From: a virus
Lineage: Duplodnaviria; Heunggongvirae; Uroviricota; Caudoviricetes
Virus record (IMG/VR): IMGVR_UViG_3300020156_000001
Span: 362,321-426,320 of that record
Reading direction: 5' to 3' (one strand)
Length of the DNA: 64,000 bases
Shown here one piece after another: positions 1 through 10,804 of this stretch. Position numbers and translations under genes: made by a program. Position 1 is the stretch's first letter. Every line of letters begins with the position of its first letter. A model generated the notes under the pieces. The model was not told the origin of the DNA. It ran no database searches and was given only the letters and a program-made list of their open reading frames with translations.

Positions 1-2
1 AA

Positions 3-3000
3 ATTGCAAATAGTGCGCTTGATGTTACCGCGTTTATCACAAACGCACAGGACAGTGGCAACCTAGAAATCCTGTTCACGTTCGAGTACACACCAAACTA
101 TTACTCCGGCTTGTTCATCGATTCCGAAGAAGATCAAAGCACCAAGATCATCGACTTGTTCAACAACGAGACCGGTGAGTTTATGGCAAAGGATCCTCGC
201 TGGGTATGGCGCCACACTACAGTTAACCCAGACTGGCCAGTTATCGACGTTAAGGCAAAAGCCAAGGGTAACTTGCCATCAGCGGGTTATGTTCACTTGG
301 ATGACATTCAGTGGACTGCACCAACAAGCTCAAGCTTTAACGGTTTGTACCGTCGTGTACAAAAGGAAGAGCCAGCAAGTGCGATCACCAACACCGTAAC
401 AATCAAGTACGCGGAAGCTTCCACAAGCGTGCGTCGTATCAACATTGTTCCAAATCTAAGCCAGGGTCGTTACCGCATTAAGAACTTTGTGGTAGCTGTG
501 AATGAAGCGTTTCCGTTGACTCTCACAAACGATCCAGAAGTTCAGATCAGCATTGGTACAATGGGCGAACCTGAAAAGTTTATGCCAAAGACAGCCGTTG
601 GTACGGATCGCCTACAAACGTATACGCACCAAGTATTTGAATACCTCACAAGTAAGCTCAATGATGAGAATGCAATCTACGTATTTGTAAACCAAGCAAC
701 TGGTCTTTCAGTTGCACCGGGTTCGCTAAGCGTGACCGCAAACATTGAGTTGATTGGTGAGATTGTTCTTCCAGGCGATCGTGCATGGGTTTATGATACT
801 GGATATGGTGACTGGAATGTTTACCGTCTTGGTGACACCGGCGCAAACATTTTGATGACTCGTCCACAAAGCTTCTCCACACAGGGAACTGTGGTTGCAA
901 CGAACAAGAACATGTTCGAAACACTTGACATCGAACACAACTTCCAAGAACCACGTCCTGAAACAGTTGCGTTGAACCCAACATTTGCGTTGGACATTGA
1001 GCAAGCCGAAACTCGCATGAGCAAGGTTATTCTCGATGGCATCCTACCCGACAACAACACAACCGAAATGCTCTTGAACACTTACAAGGCAAAGTTCAAG
1101 AACTCGGCTAAGATTTTTGTTGATGCTGGTGCGACACTTCGCAACAATGGTTCTGCAATCGTACAGATTCCAATCATGGACTTGTGGGCAGACTCGGGCA
1201 TTGTGATCAACAAAATCACAGCCAGTGTTGTTCGTCCATTCGGATATCCAACAGGTCAGAACCCAACAATTACAATTGGCACACTTACTGATCACGACGC
1301 CTTTATTGGCGCAGTCAACAGCAAGACAGCTTTCCGTAATGTAAAGGGTACTCCAAATCGTCCGCTGTTCTCTTATGCAAATCCAATCACCGTAAACGTT
1401 TACGATGATGAGATTCGTTTGAACGAAGATGATTCAACCGCAAGCGTTCGTATGCTTCGCTCGGGTAACGTGTTTGTTACACCAACAGCAATCAAGGTAA
1501 CAAATGCGGGTTGGGGTTACACGGATACGAGCAATCCAAAGATCACCGTACTTGGTCCAACTGGCGTTAAGGCACGTGCTGAAATCGTTGGTACTGTTGT
1601 GGGTTACGCTGTAACAAATGCAGGTACTGGTTATACAAGCGCGCCAACAATTACAGTTGTCGGCGGTGGTGGCACTGGTGCACAAGGTCGTGCTGTTATC
1701 AGCAATGGTCAGCTCGCTGGCGTTGAAATCCCAGGCGCAGGTACAGGTTCTGCCGCAACAGCAAACCTTAATGCGGGTGAAGTCGGTGGTATCTCTGGTC
1801 TACAGGGTGGTTCTGGTTGGGAAATGCTTCCAATCGTAACACTTGAAGGTGGCAATCCAAAGGAACATGCTGCGATTAAGGTTGAGATGAGCAACGGCAC
1901 AATTAATGCTTTGCTTCTCGACTATAAGGGTCAAGGCTACACAAGCGCACCTACAGTTAAGTTTAACCCATGGACTGGTGAGAACTACACTTATGCGCCT
2001 CGCGTTATCGTAAGCGGTGGTGGAGGTCAAGGTGCAACTGTTGAGCCAATCATGCTTTGGACAGTTAAGGCCATTACAATCACAGAATGGGGCAAGTGCT
2101 CGTGGATTGGTAATGACGCACTGGTAACGGTTGAAGCCGCAGCCGGTGGCGCGCCTGCACAAGCTGTATTGGAATTCTCGCCAACACAATTGGAACCAAC
2201 AAAGATCCAACAGTGGCGTCATCGTGTTGTTGCTCCGGCAACTCATCCAGATGTCAACAAGTGGGTATACGAGTCTACACCAATTGAGTTCCCTGCACCA
2301 AATGGTACAAACGCACCTGACTTCTACTTGCAAAGCCTACAGTTGCCAATCTCAAGCATCGACGAAAAGACAACTTACGAGATTGAGATTCCTGAGTTTG
2401 TAATGGATGCCACAACTGGTGATGCCACAGCAACAAAGAATGTTGTCAACGGTATCATTGGTACATCCACAAAGAGCATTATCGAAGTCTACAACACAGT
2501 TGCTGGTAACAGAGACATTGACTTGAAGGTTGCTGGAACTTTGCCTCCGTTCTACTTGAACGAGCGCATTGGCGCCGACAATAAGATGGTTGCTTTCTAC
2601 AACAGCGACGGTGTAAGTGATGGTCTTCTAACACTGGTTGTTGATTACCACTACACCAACGGCTTTGAGCTATTTGACGCCAACGACAACCCTGTACGTA
2701 CGAACATTACAGGTGCTGGCGGAGATATCTTTGCTTGGAACTCCGTGCGCTTTGACAACAATGAAGGTCAAGACAATAAGAGCCTCCTCCCAGTTGATGG
2801 CTGGAAGATTGGCGATCGTATCCTCTTGGATGATGGTCGCTCCAAGCTTGAGCGTGCTGTGGAATGGACCGCTGGTGACCACTACAAGTATCACGAAATG
2901 GTATCCCGTGACGGAACAGTTTATCGTGCAATTCAAACCGGTAACGGCTTGGAAGCAACAATTGCTCCGCTAAAGGATAATGATCAGGGTATATTGGATC

Positions 3001-6000
3001 GTCCAGTTGTTCTCAGCCGTGGCACACTCTACACGCATGAGCCAACCGCAACAATTATCGGTGATGGTGTTGATGCAGAAGCTCGCGTAACATTGGCGCC
3101 AACGAAGATCTACAAGATCAAGGTTCTCAACCCAGACACAAACGCCGACTATACAGGTAGTGAAAAGGTTTTGATCACACCAAAGAATCTTTCTGGTAAG
3201 GCCGCAGAGGCTCGCATCAGCAAGGTTGAAAATGGTGCGATCAAGGAAATCACAGTGTTGGAGCCAGGTTGGGGTTATGACGCAGCACCAATCGTAACAA
3301 TCGCAAATGATAAGAGCACCGCACCAGTTCAGATGGAATGCGTGATGGTTCCTGCTCGTATCAAAGACATTGTTATGGAAAATCGTGGTTCCGGTTACAC
3401 AACGGCTTCGATCAGCTTTACCCGTCATGATGTAACTGTGGAAACATTTGTTGATCAAGAATGGGAAGTAGCATTTGAAGCAGAAGCTGGCTGGCGCGTA
3501 CTCGAACGCTTCGAAGGCGCTGATGGCGATGAGTGGCAGGATATCCGAGTAGAAACACTAAAGATCGATACTTCAATGATCGAGTCCGCAGTGATCTACG
3601 ATATCAACACAAGCGAAACCCTACAAACGCTACAGTTGTACGATCCATTCAAGGGTTACATTCCAGGAGCTGCAAAGAAGGAAATCTCCTACATCCTGGA
3701 ATACGATCCAGCAATCTACTCGAATGGTCCACTTGCAAAGAGCACGAGCAGCAACGAAAAGCTTTGGGACTCTGCAAAGATTGGTGATTTGTGGTGGGAT
3801 ATTTCCACTACTCGTTACTTGGACTACGAGATCGGTGATACCGATTACAAGTGGAAGAACTGGGGCAAGCTTGCACCGGGTGTTACAATCGACATTTACG
3901 AATGGACACGTTCCACAGTTCAGCCGGCTCTATGGCAGGGTGAAGTAGAACGCAAGCGTGGTGTTGCGGTTGAATCCGACGAGCATAAGCCAACAGGTAC
4001 GGTTAAGGGCATCAATGGCCAGCCAAACTGGGTTGAGCGTCAAGAGTTCAACAAGGTTCTCGGTCGTAACGAAACTGTTTATTACTTCTGGGTTAAGAAC
4101 GCAGCGACACTTCCAAAGCGTCCTGATCGTTCGCTAACTGCAACACAAGTCGCAGCTATCATCCAGGATCCAAATGGTTCGGATATTCCTTGGTTCTCTA
4201 TTGTTGACACCAACAAGGTTGTTGTGGGTGGCGCAAAGGCTTACGTAAACGATCATAGCAGCTCGCTAAAGATTGAGTGGAAGCGTTCCAAGAATGATGG
4301 CGTTGTTCACAAGCAATGGAAACTGCTTCGTGAAAACGACGAACGCAACAACATCGACGACAGCCTGTGGAACAAGATGCGCGACTCTCTCGTGGGTTGG
4401 GATAGCTCCACAACTCGCAAGGTGTTTACTGCAAATCTCGTAACAGAGCTTAACGGTGCTTCCACAAGCTTTACAGTTGATGATGCCACAGGCTTTGAAC
4501 CATCGGGTGAAGTTAAGATTGGTGACTACTGGATCCAATACGAATATCTCAATGGCAACACTTTTACTGGCTTGACCAGCGTTGGTTCGCTACGTTATGG
4601 TACTGGTACAAAGATCAGCCAAACCCGTGCAATTGAAACATTCCGTAAGGTTCCGGATCAATGGCTTAACGATCGTGAGCGTTATGGCGCACTAACTCGT
4701 CCAGCACAGACTTGGTTCCGTGCTGACACAGACGCTTATGGCTTCCTCATCCCAGGTCGTGCCGCACGCAAGACATTCGTTAACACACTTAACGAGATTT
4801 TTGCAGCGGAACCATTCCTAGATACACGTTATGAATGGCGCCAAATCTTCGAAGCTGAAGAGCCAATGCCGGATGCAAACTCCTACTTTGTGGAAGTTCC
4901 AGATGAGTATGAGCGTGACAACCTAAGCGCGGCTGGTGCAATCAAGGCTGGTCAAAAGGTACTCATGTTGGGTACGCCAAACACAAACGGTTTGTGGACA
5001 CTTTGGATCTACTTGCCAGATGATCCCGCAGCAATTGCAAGCGGCTTTGTCCTTTATAAGGCTCAGCGTTATCGTTTCCGTGAGGGTGAACTTTGGACCG
5101 CTGTTGATTGGTATGACACGGGTTGGAGCACCAACGACTATCCGGTTAAGCGTTATCCAACAATTGCAGATCGTGACGCTGACAAGCAATTGATCAACGA
5201 CGACAGCCTAATCCGTGGTACGCTTATCCAAGTTGATGCACAAAGCGCAACTGACAATCGTTGGGCTTGGTATATCTACAAGGGTGGCAGCTGGATCCAA
5301 GTTGCAAAGGAAAAGTCGACAATTCGTTTGAACGACAATTTCTACGCAAAAGACAAGATGGTCTACGGCTTTAAGGATTACAAGGTTGGTAGCTCAAAGA
5401 AGCGTGATGGTTCTTGGGAAATCCAAGTTCTCCTCACACAACTTCGCACCAAGCTACTAACTTCGTTGGAGCGTAACAAGTTGTTCTTCTCCATGGTAAA
5501 GACTGCGATCTCCCAGCATTCCTACACGGACTGGGCATTTAAAACATCGTTCCTTTACATGGCTGGTTACAACGAACAGCTTTCACAGAGCCCAATCGTG
5601 TTTAAGGATCAAATCGACAATATCCTAAGCTACATCAATGATGTAAAGCCATACCACGTAAAGGTTCGTGACTTTGTTCGTCGACTAAGCCCGCCAATGG
5701 AACACGTTAACTTGCAAATCACAGACTTCGACAAGCCAATGTGGTACGATGAAGCCCTAGGCAAGTATCGCAAGCTTGACGTTACCAACGCACAGGACGT
5801 TCTCATCATGCAGAACGATCCACAGTTGCATTGGTGGTTGGATAATTACAAGAAGACAAACACCAACTTGAATCAGTGGGATGATAACTGGAACCCAGTT
5901 CGTCGTCCACAAATCAAGATCCTGTTTGACCGTGTTTCTTGTACTCCAATCGCAGGTTGGGCACAACCAGAAGTTCCGTGGGATGGTAACGAACAACGTT

Positions 6001-7490
6001 GGGTTCACAACGAATACACTCGTACGTTTGCGCAACTCGAACAGATGTATCGTGTACCAGGTCAGACCTACGCACAACACGTGGTAGAAAACATTATCGC
6101 ACGCGACACACTTGCACGCGATTCTGCTGCGGCTGTGAACAAGGGATTGCCTGCTTTGCTAAACTCAGGCGATGTTGTTTACGTAAAAAGCGATGAAGAA
6201 AAGGAAAAGGCAACCTTCATGTGGAATGGTGCGTCTTGGCTCCAGTTCTACAACGTGCATTGGGATATGAACGTAGCGGGTGGTCTTGCCGATCGTATTG
6301 ATGCCCACTATGAACCATCCGCAACAATGCGCCGTAAGCAGTTGGATGTTCTCATTCGCGGCTGTGACTTCCGTGGTACAGTTGTTGAAGGTGGCGCAAG
6401 CATGAGCACAGGTATCTGGGACATGTTTGCTTGGGACGCTAAGACTGGTTTCGACAACGAATACGACTTCTACGTTGGTCATGATTTGGACATTAATCCA
6501 GTAAGCATGGATCTCCAAGTTGATTTTGATGAAGGCAAAGTTGTTGAAAATGGCAAGATTGTTAATCGTGGAACTTACGGTGAGCTTATTGACCTTGAAG
6601 GTGGCGAGCTAATTCAGCCATGGTTCGAAGGAGGCCATCCGGACGAGCGTGTAAGCTTGCGTGTTCGTGATCCGCTAATGATCACAGTTTATCGCGCAAC
6701 CGACGCACATATCCGTCAGGTGTTTGCAAACCGCGTTCAGTTCGAGGGCGCACAAGCCGACAACGTAACGGTTCGTTTGAATGGTGCATTGGTTAACATC
6801 AATGCTGCCGCATACTCGGGCAACGCAGGTAATATGCAGCATGGTCGTCAGCAAACCCTACGCTTCTTCAAGGACTCCATTGAAACTTGGGAAGGCGTAT
6901 ACTTGGAAGAAGACGGCATGACTCTTGCTGAGGAATTGGATCCAGCTGCTCGCACAATGCGTATCAGTGTTCCAGGTACTCTTGCACTGCATGATCCGGC
7001 TAATCCTGATATCACATTGCTACGTGAAAAGCTCGCGCTAAGCGTGGACTTGGATCTAAGCAAGCCAATCAAGGCTGGTAAGGTTCGTAAGAATGGTTTG
7101 TTGAAGAGCTTTGGTCTTGATGAATTGTTGGCTGGTAAAACAGACAATCAAACAATCAACACAGAGCTTGAAGCACACTTCAATATGATCCTAAGCCGTT
7201 ATGTTACTGGTGTAATCTGGTTGGGTACTGAGCGTATCTCATACACGGATATTCAACACATTGAAGGTGATGTTTACGAACTATCCGGTCTAACTCGTGG
7301 TACTGGTGGTACTTCTCGTGCAACACAGACATTTGTTGGCTCCAAGGTATTCGACGGTTCCGTATTGCACGCGCTGATGACATTTAACACGACCAATATG
7401 CGAGCACATTCTCAGATTGATTACTCTAAGAATTGGCAGACATGGAACACCGCAGCAAGCTTGGCTTTGAAGCCAGGTCCTACGGCTTAA
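3..7490 (+). CDS. Very large virion structural protein (baseplate/tail-associated), 5'-truncated
   Basis: The frame is open from base 3, so the gene starts upstream of the window. It has repeated GxGYTxAPxV/I motifs, a CBM5/12-like motif (WTAGDHYKYHEMVSRDGTVYRA) and jumbo-phage-type motifs (YDPFKG, YINDVKPYH). Other structural genes follow. Confidence 0.75.
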   Translation: MANSALDVTAFITNAQDSGNLEILFTFEYTPNYYSGLFIDSEEDQSTKIIDLFNNETGEFMAKDPRWVWRHTTVNPDWPVIDVKAKAKGNLPSAGYVHLDDIQWTAPTSSSFNGLYRRVQKEEPASAITNTVTIKYAEASTSVRRINIVPNLSQGRYRIKNFVVAVNEAFPLTLTNDPEVQISIGTMGEPEKFMPKTAVGTDRLQTYTHQVFEYLTSKLNDENAIYVFVNQATGLSVAPGSLSVTANIELIGEIVLPGDRAWVYDTGYGDWNVYRLGDTGANILMTRPQSFSTQGTVVATNKNMFETLDIEHNFQEPRPETVALNPTFALDIEQAETRMSKVILDGILPDNNTTEMLLNTYKAKFKNSAKIFVDAGATLRNNGSAIVQIPIMDLWADSGIVINKITASVVRPFGYPTGQNPTITIGTLTDHDAFIGAVNSKTAFRNVKGTPNRPLFSYANPITVNVYDDEIRLNEDDSTASVRMLRSGNVFVTPTAIKVTNAGWGYTDTSNPKITVLGPTGVKARAEIVGTVVGYAVTNAGTGYTSAPTITVVGGGGTGAQGRAVISNGQLAGVEIPGAGTGSAATANLNAGEVGGISGLQGGSGWEMLPIVTLEGGNPKEHAAIKVEMSNGTINALLLDYKGQGYTSAPTVKFNPWTGENYTYAPRVIVSGGGGQGATVEPIMLWTVKAITITEWGKCSWIGNDALVTVEAAAGGAPAQAVLEFSPTQLEPTKIQQWRHRVVAPATHPDVNKWVYESTPIEFPAPNGTNAPDFYLQSLQLPISSIDEKTTYEIEIPEFVMDATTGDATATKNVVNGIIGTSTKSIIEVYNTVAGNRDIDLKVAGTLPPFYLNERIGADNKMVAFYNSDGVSDGLLTLVVDYHYTNGFELFDANDNPVRTNITGAGGDIFAWNSVRFDNNEGQDNKSLLPVDGWKIGDRILLDDGRSKLERAVEWTAGDHYKYHEMVSRDGTVYRAIQTGNGLEATIAPLKDNDQGILDRPVVLSRGTLYTHEPTATIIGDGVDAEARVTLAPTKIYKIKVLNPDTNADYTGSEKVLITPKNLSGKAAEARISKVENGAIKEITVLEPGWGYDAAPIVTIANDKSTAPVQMECVMVPARIKDIVMENRGSGYTTASISFTRHDVTVETFVDQEWEVAFEAEAGWRVLERFEGADGDEWQDIRVETLKIDTSMIESAVIYDINTSETLQTLQLYDPFKGYIPGAAKKEISYILEYDPAIYSNGPLAKSTSSNEKLWDSAKIGDLWWDISTTRYLDYEIGDTDYKWKNWGKLAPGVTIDIYEWTRSTVQPALWQGEVERKRGVAVESDEHKPTGTVKGINGQPNWVERQEFNKVLGRNETVYYFWVKNAATLPKRPDRSLTATQVAAIIQDPNGSDIPWFSIVDTNKVVVGGAKAYVNDHSSSLKIEWKRSKNDGVVHKQWKLLRENDERNNIDDSLWNKMRDSLVGWDSSTTRKVFTANLVTELNGASTSFTVDDATGFEPSGEVKIGDYWIQYEYLNGNTFTGLTSVGSLRYGTGTKISQTRAIETFRKVPDQWLNDRERYGALTRPAQTWFRADTDAYGFLIPGRAARKTFVNTLNEIFAAEPFLDTRYEWRQIFEAEEPMPDANSYFVEVPDEYERDNLSAAGAIKAGQKVLMLGTPNTNGLWTLWIYLPDDPAAIASGFVLYKAQRYRFREGELWTAVDWYDTGWSTNDYPVKRYPTIADRDADKQLINDDSLIRGTLIQVDAQSATDNRWAWYIYKGGSWIQVAKEKSTIRLNDNFYAKDKMVYGFKDYKVGSSKKRDGSWEIQVLLTQLRTKLLTSLERNKLFFSMVKTAISQHSYTDWAFKTSFLYMAGYNEQLSQSPIVFKDQIDNILSYINDVKPYHVKVRDFVRRLSPPMEHVNLQITDFDKPMWYDEALGKYRKLDVTNAQDVLIMQNDPQLHWWLDNYKKTNTNLNQWDDNWNPVRRPQIKILFDRVSCTPIAGWAQPEVPWDGNEQRWVHNEYTRTFAQLEQMYRVPGQTYAQHVVENIIARDTLARDSAAAVNKGLPALLNSGDVVYVKSDEEKEKATFMWNGASWLQFYNVHWDMNVAGGLADRIDAHYEPSATMRRKQLDVLIRGCDFRGTVVEGGASMSTGIWDMFAWDAKTGFDNEYDFYVGHDLDINPVSMDLQVDFDEGKVVENGKIVNRGTYGELIDLEGGELIQPWFEGGHPDERVSLRVRDPLMITVYRATDAHIRQVFANRVQFEGAQADNVTVRLNGALVNINAAAYSGNAGNMQHGRQQTLRFFKDSIETWEGVYLEEDGMTLAEELDPAARTMRISVPGTLALHDPANPDITLLREKLALSVDLDLSKPIKAGKVRKNGLLKSFGLDELLAGKTDNQTINTELEAHFNMILSRYVTGVIWLGTERISYTDIQHIEGDVYELSGLTRGTGGTSRATQTFVGSKVFDGSVLHALMTFNTTNMRAHSQIDYSKNWQTWNTAASLALKPGPTA

Positions 7491-7496
7491 TAAATA
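7491..7496 (+). promoter_or_regulatory. Putative late promoter TAAATA
   Basis: TAAATA resembles the core of the T4 late promoter TATAAATA. It lies about 25 nt before the ATG at 7520, and the same motif precedes other structural genes. Confidence 0.5.
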
Positions 7497-7519
7497 CCCT
7501 GTTAATTAAGGAGTTAAAA

Positions 7520-8125
7520 ATGAGTGTTGAACCGCTAAAGGATGGCTTGAAGCTTGGCTTTAAAGGTCACCTGATTATCAGGGATAAGGACACGGGTGAA
7601 ACGCTGTTGGATAAGTCTAACGCGATTCACTTTGAGAACATGAGCGTTGCGGTTGCTGCGGGTCTCGCCGGCCGCCCAAACGGTAATATACATGAAATGC
7701 ACTTTGGTTCCGGTGGCTCTGCTGTCTCCGGAACCGGTGGCATCACTTACTATCCACCAAATGTGGTTGGCGCTAATGCCGATCTTTACAATCCCACATA
7801 CTTCAAAGTTGTCAACGATCAAAGCAGCTTGAACACAGATACTTCGAAGAATTTTATCGAAGTTCGCCACCTCGTTGGCACTGTTTATTCGGATATCATT
7901 ATCACTTGCACATTGGATTATTCCGAGCCAAGTGGTCAGGAAGCATTTGATGATTCCACTGATACCGAAGCCGCTTACATGTTTGATGAAATTGGTTTGA
8001 AGACCTATGACCCATCCGGTCCAGGTAATGGTCAACTATTGACTCACGTTATCTTCAATCCAATCCAAAAGTCTTTGAACCGTTTGATTGAAGTTGTCTA
8101 TACGATCAGAACTACTCTAGTTTAA
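7520..8125 (+). CDS. Virion structural protein (baseplate/tail region)
   Basis: AAGGAG SD before ATG 7520. Motifs GHLIIRD, FDEIGL and LLTHVIFNPIQKS are typical of jumbo-phage structural modules. Confidence 0.6.
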   Translation: MSVEPLKDGLKLGFKGHLIIRDKDTGETLLDKSNAIHFENMSVAVAAGLAGRPNGNIHEMHFGSGGSAVSGTGGITYYPPNVVGANADLYNPTYFKVVNDQSSLNTDTSKNFIEVRHLVGTVYSDIIITCTLDYSEPSGQEAFDDSTDTEAAYMFDEIGLKTYDPSGPGNGQLLTHVIFNPIQKSLNRLIEVVYTIRTTLV

Positions 8126-8145
8126 GTGCTGCTTTTATAGTGCCA

Positions 8146-8151
8146 TAAATA
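8146..8151 (+). promoter_or_regulatory. Putative late promoter TAAATA
   Basis: CATAAATA lies upstream of the AGGAG SD and ATG 8179. Confidence 0.5.
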
Positions 8152-8178
8152 CTGAAAATACTACTTTAGGAGTGCTTT

Positions 8179-10056
8179 ATGCCTTATCCAGTCAATCGTA
8201 CCGACGGCACGTTGTTGACCAATATTCAGGACTATACAAGAGATACAGAAACAACAAGTCTTACTCTTCTTGGTCGTGGCTCGGTTGACTACGGTGAAGC
8301 CGTTGCAGAAAACTTTGTTCACATGCTTGAGCATTTTGCCAGCCCAACACCGCCGGCAAATCCTCTACAGGGCCAGACATGGTTCCACACATACGACCCA
8401 GGTCCACCAGTTGCCGCAGTAAACAAGCTGAAGGTTTTCGATGGTACTTCTTGGATCAACGTAGGTGGTGCTCAGTCCAGCGTTAACCCACCGGAAAATC
8501 CTGAACCAGGTGACCTTTGGTATAACATCGAAAACTCCACAATCTACTATTGGGATGGATTCGATTGGAAGCCTATTGGTGGCCCATACACGGGTCTTGA
8601 GCCAGGTACTGATCCTGCTGAAATTCCTGATGATGTTATCATTCCTCCACCGGCTGAACCAACTGAAGGTATGTTTTGGTGGATGCTACCAGAGCGTGTA
8701 CTTTGGGCCTATGATAGCTCGCTTGCTCAGTTGGGTTCGTTCCCTCCAAAGTATCCACGTGTTGATGGTAGCTTTGTTCCAAACGGTTGGGTTCTAATCG
8801 GCCCACAGGGTATGCAGGATCCAAACGATCCAAACGGTGGCTCCTATACGATGATGACAGTCATCGACGCTATTAACCCAACAAACGGCGCTGAGGAAAA
8901 GTTTGAAGTTTACCTCACAGTGCTTGATGGCAAGCTTACAACGGTTGCTGTTGGTCGTCTCTGTCAGCTAAAGACTCCTGACATTAATGGTCTTGCTTTT
9001 GGTGCATGGGCTGACCCTTATGACACAAACGCAACTCCACTGCTTTTGCAGGCTGGTATCAATACAAACCACGACGCTACAATGATCTTTAACGGTCAGG
9101 TGTCGGACTCCTTGCGCTTGAACGGTTTGAACGCTTCGCAGTTCCTACGTTCGGACGTAAACACGGGTCCAATTGTTGATGACGTTGTGTTGGATCTTGG
9201 TTCTAAGGATGCTCACTGGTTGCGCTTCTTCTCCAAGTACATCTACGCGGGCGACTCTGATCCAGATGGTGATGCAGACGTTTCCGAAGTAAACATGTTT
9301 GGTAAGGCATCCGAAGCTGAAAAGTGCGAGTTTGCTGAAAAGGCCGTTATGTTCAAGGAAGGTAAAAAGCTTACCACTCCTGAAACAGAAGACGTTCTCA
9401 TCACGTTTACCGACTTGTTCCTAACAGAAGCCAACGAATACGTTGGTACTGCAAAGCTTACACAAGCTGGTAAAGATGCGATTAAGGATATCGCTAAGGA
9501 TGTAACCGATGACGTTGTGAGCACACTGCCTTCGGGTTCGTTTGTTCCGCTTGATGCGTCCAGTGTTCCAACTGGCAATCACGACATGGGTAACGCGGGT
9601 CAACGTTGGGGCACAATTTATGCCAACGTATTTGACGGTGAAGCAACAAAGGCACGTTACGCCGACTTGGCAGAACGTTATGAAGCTGATGAAGTTTATC
9701 CAGTTGGTACCCTACTTTCGATTGGTGGCGCTTGTGAAGTAACTGCCACAAATGGTGCTTACGATCACAACTACTTTGGTGTTGTTTCGGAAAATCCAGC
9801 TCACTTGATGAACGCTGCCGCTGGTGATGATGCAACTCACCCACCAGTCGCAATGGTAGGTCGTGTATTGGTTCGCATTGTGGGCAAAGTTAAGAAGGGC
9901 GATCGTATCGTTCTTTCCGAGTTCCCAGGTATTGCTCGTGCAGCTGAGTCCAACAATCCAAACTTCCTAAACAACTATTTGGTTGTTGGTCGCGCACTTG
10001 AGTACAAGGACGACATTGAGGAAGGTCTGGTTCTTTGCGTGGTTCACTCCAAGTAA
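8179..10056 (+). CDS. Tail fibre-like protein with C-terminal intramolecular chaperone-like domain
   Basis: N-terminal TSLTLLGRGSVDYGEAVAENFVHMLEHFA and GDLWY motifs, plus a C-terminal ARYADLAERY...GVVS..PA...PVAMVGRV..KGD domain (peptidase G2/IMC-like). Confidence 0.65.
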   Translation: MPYPVNRTDGTLLTNIQDYTRDTETTSLTLLGRGSVDYGEAVAENFVHMLEHFASPTPPANPLQGQTWFHTYDPGPPVAAVNKLKVFDGTSWINVGGAQSSVNPPENPEPGDLWYNIENSTIYYWDGFDWKPIGGPYTGLEPGTDPAEIPDDVIIPPPAEPTEGMFWWMLPERVLWAYDSSLAQLGSFPPKYPRVDGSFVPNGWVLIGPQGMQDPNDPNGGSYTMMTVIDAINPTNGAEEKFEVYLTVLDGKLTTVAVGRLCQLKTPDINGLAFGAWADPYDTNATPLLLQAGINTNHDATMIFNGQVSDSLRLNGLNASQFLRSDVNTGPIVDDVVLDLGSKDAHWLRFFSKYIYAGDSDPDGDADVSEVNMFGKASEAEKCEFAEKAVMFKEGKKLTTPETEDVLITFTDLFLTEANEYVGTAKLTQAGKDAIKDIAKDVTDDVVSTLPSGSFVPLDASSVPTGNHDMGNAGQRWGTIYANVFDGEATKARYADLAERYEADEVYPVGTLLSIGGACEVTATNGAYDHNYFGVVSENPAHLMNAAAGDDATHPPVAMVGRVLVRIVGKVKKGDRIVLSEFPGIARAAESNNPNFLNNYLVVGRALEYKDDIEEGLVLCVVHSK

Positions 10057-10078
10057 GACACGCAAATAGTTAACGAAT

Positions 10079-10102
10079 AAGGGCGGCTTAGGTCGCCCTT
10101 TT
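10079..10102 (+). terminator. Rho-independent terminator
   Basis: Hairpin aagggcggc-ttag-gtcgccctt followed by T residues, directly after the fibre gene. Confidence 0.7.
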
Positions 10103-10168
10103 CCAACCAACTTTGACGTTGCTAAGTTGGATGCAAATGTTTAAGTTGGAACAAATCGAGGACACATT

Positions 10169-10804
10169 ATGATTGCTTTGCCTAAGGAAATGTTTGACGT
10201 AACGGCGTTTAAAGTTCTCAGCTTTAATCATCCCGTTGATCTCAAACTTCCCTACTATGCGATGGAAATCCCATCGAACATGGCAAACCTGCTTTACCCC
10301 GACAACACGTTTATCCTCATTTTGAACAACAATGGCACGTTTAATCGCTCCGAACGTATTGATGCCTTTGAGGGGCTAGTCAACAAGACCAATGCGCTTC
10401 GTGAGGCGCAATTCGCCGGCTGGCCGATCAAAGTTGAGGATATGGAAACCTACAACGAAGAACTTCAGCAAGTAACTCAAGCACTTGCTGATGGTTTTGG
10501 TGCTCCAGTAAACGCGCATTTGTTTATTGGATTTGAGGAACAAGGAAGCTTTGGCTGGCACACCGATGAAGGTCATGTCGCGTGTTATATGGTAAGCGGC
10601 ACCAAGCTGATGAAAACTCGTGCAGGCAATTTTGAACTAAATGCGGGTGATTGGATTGTAATGCCAGAAGGGCTGGAGCATTGTGCTCATAACCTTACAG
10701 ATACAGTGATGATCAGCTTTGGTACTGGCTCACATCGCCCATCAACAAAAGACCCATTGTGGGGCACAAAGAACCCCTCGGTCTTGAAAGATCCTAATGC
10801 TTAA
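10169..10804 (+). CDS. JmjC/cupin-fold 2OG-Fe(II) oxygenase
   Basis: HxD...H triad (SFGWHTDEGHV...GLEHCA) and the cupin motif LNAGDWIVMPEG, as in the Cupin_4/RoxA(YcfD) family. Confidence 0.7.
   Translation: MIALPKEMFDVTAFKVLSFNHPVDLKLPYYAMEIPSNMANLLYPDNTFILILNNNGTFNRSERIDAFEGLVNKTNALREAQFAGWPIKVEDMETYNEELQQVTQALADGFGAPVNAHLFIGFEEQGSFGWHTDEGHVACYMVSGTKLMKTRAGNFELNAGDWIVMPEGLEHCAHNLTDTVMISFGTGSHRPSTKDPLWGTKNPSVLKDPNA

Noticed and set aside
7433-7519. Upstream extensions of ORF-track starts (also 12714, 16122, 17204, 22098)
   Set aside because: Downstream ATGs with SD sequences or stop/start coupling are better supported.
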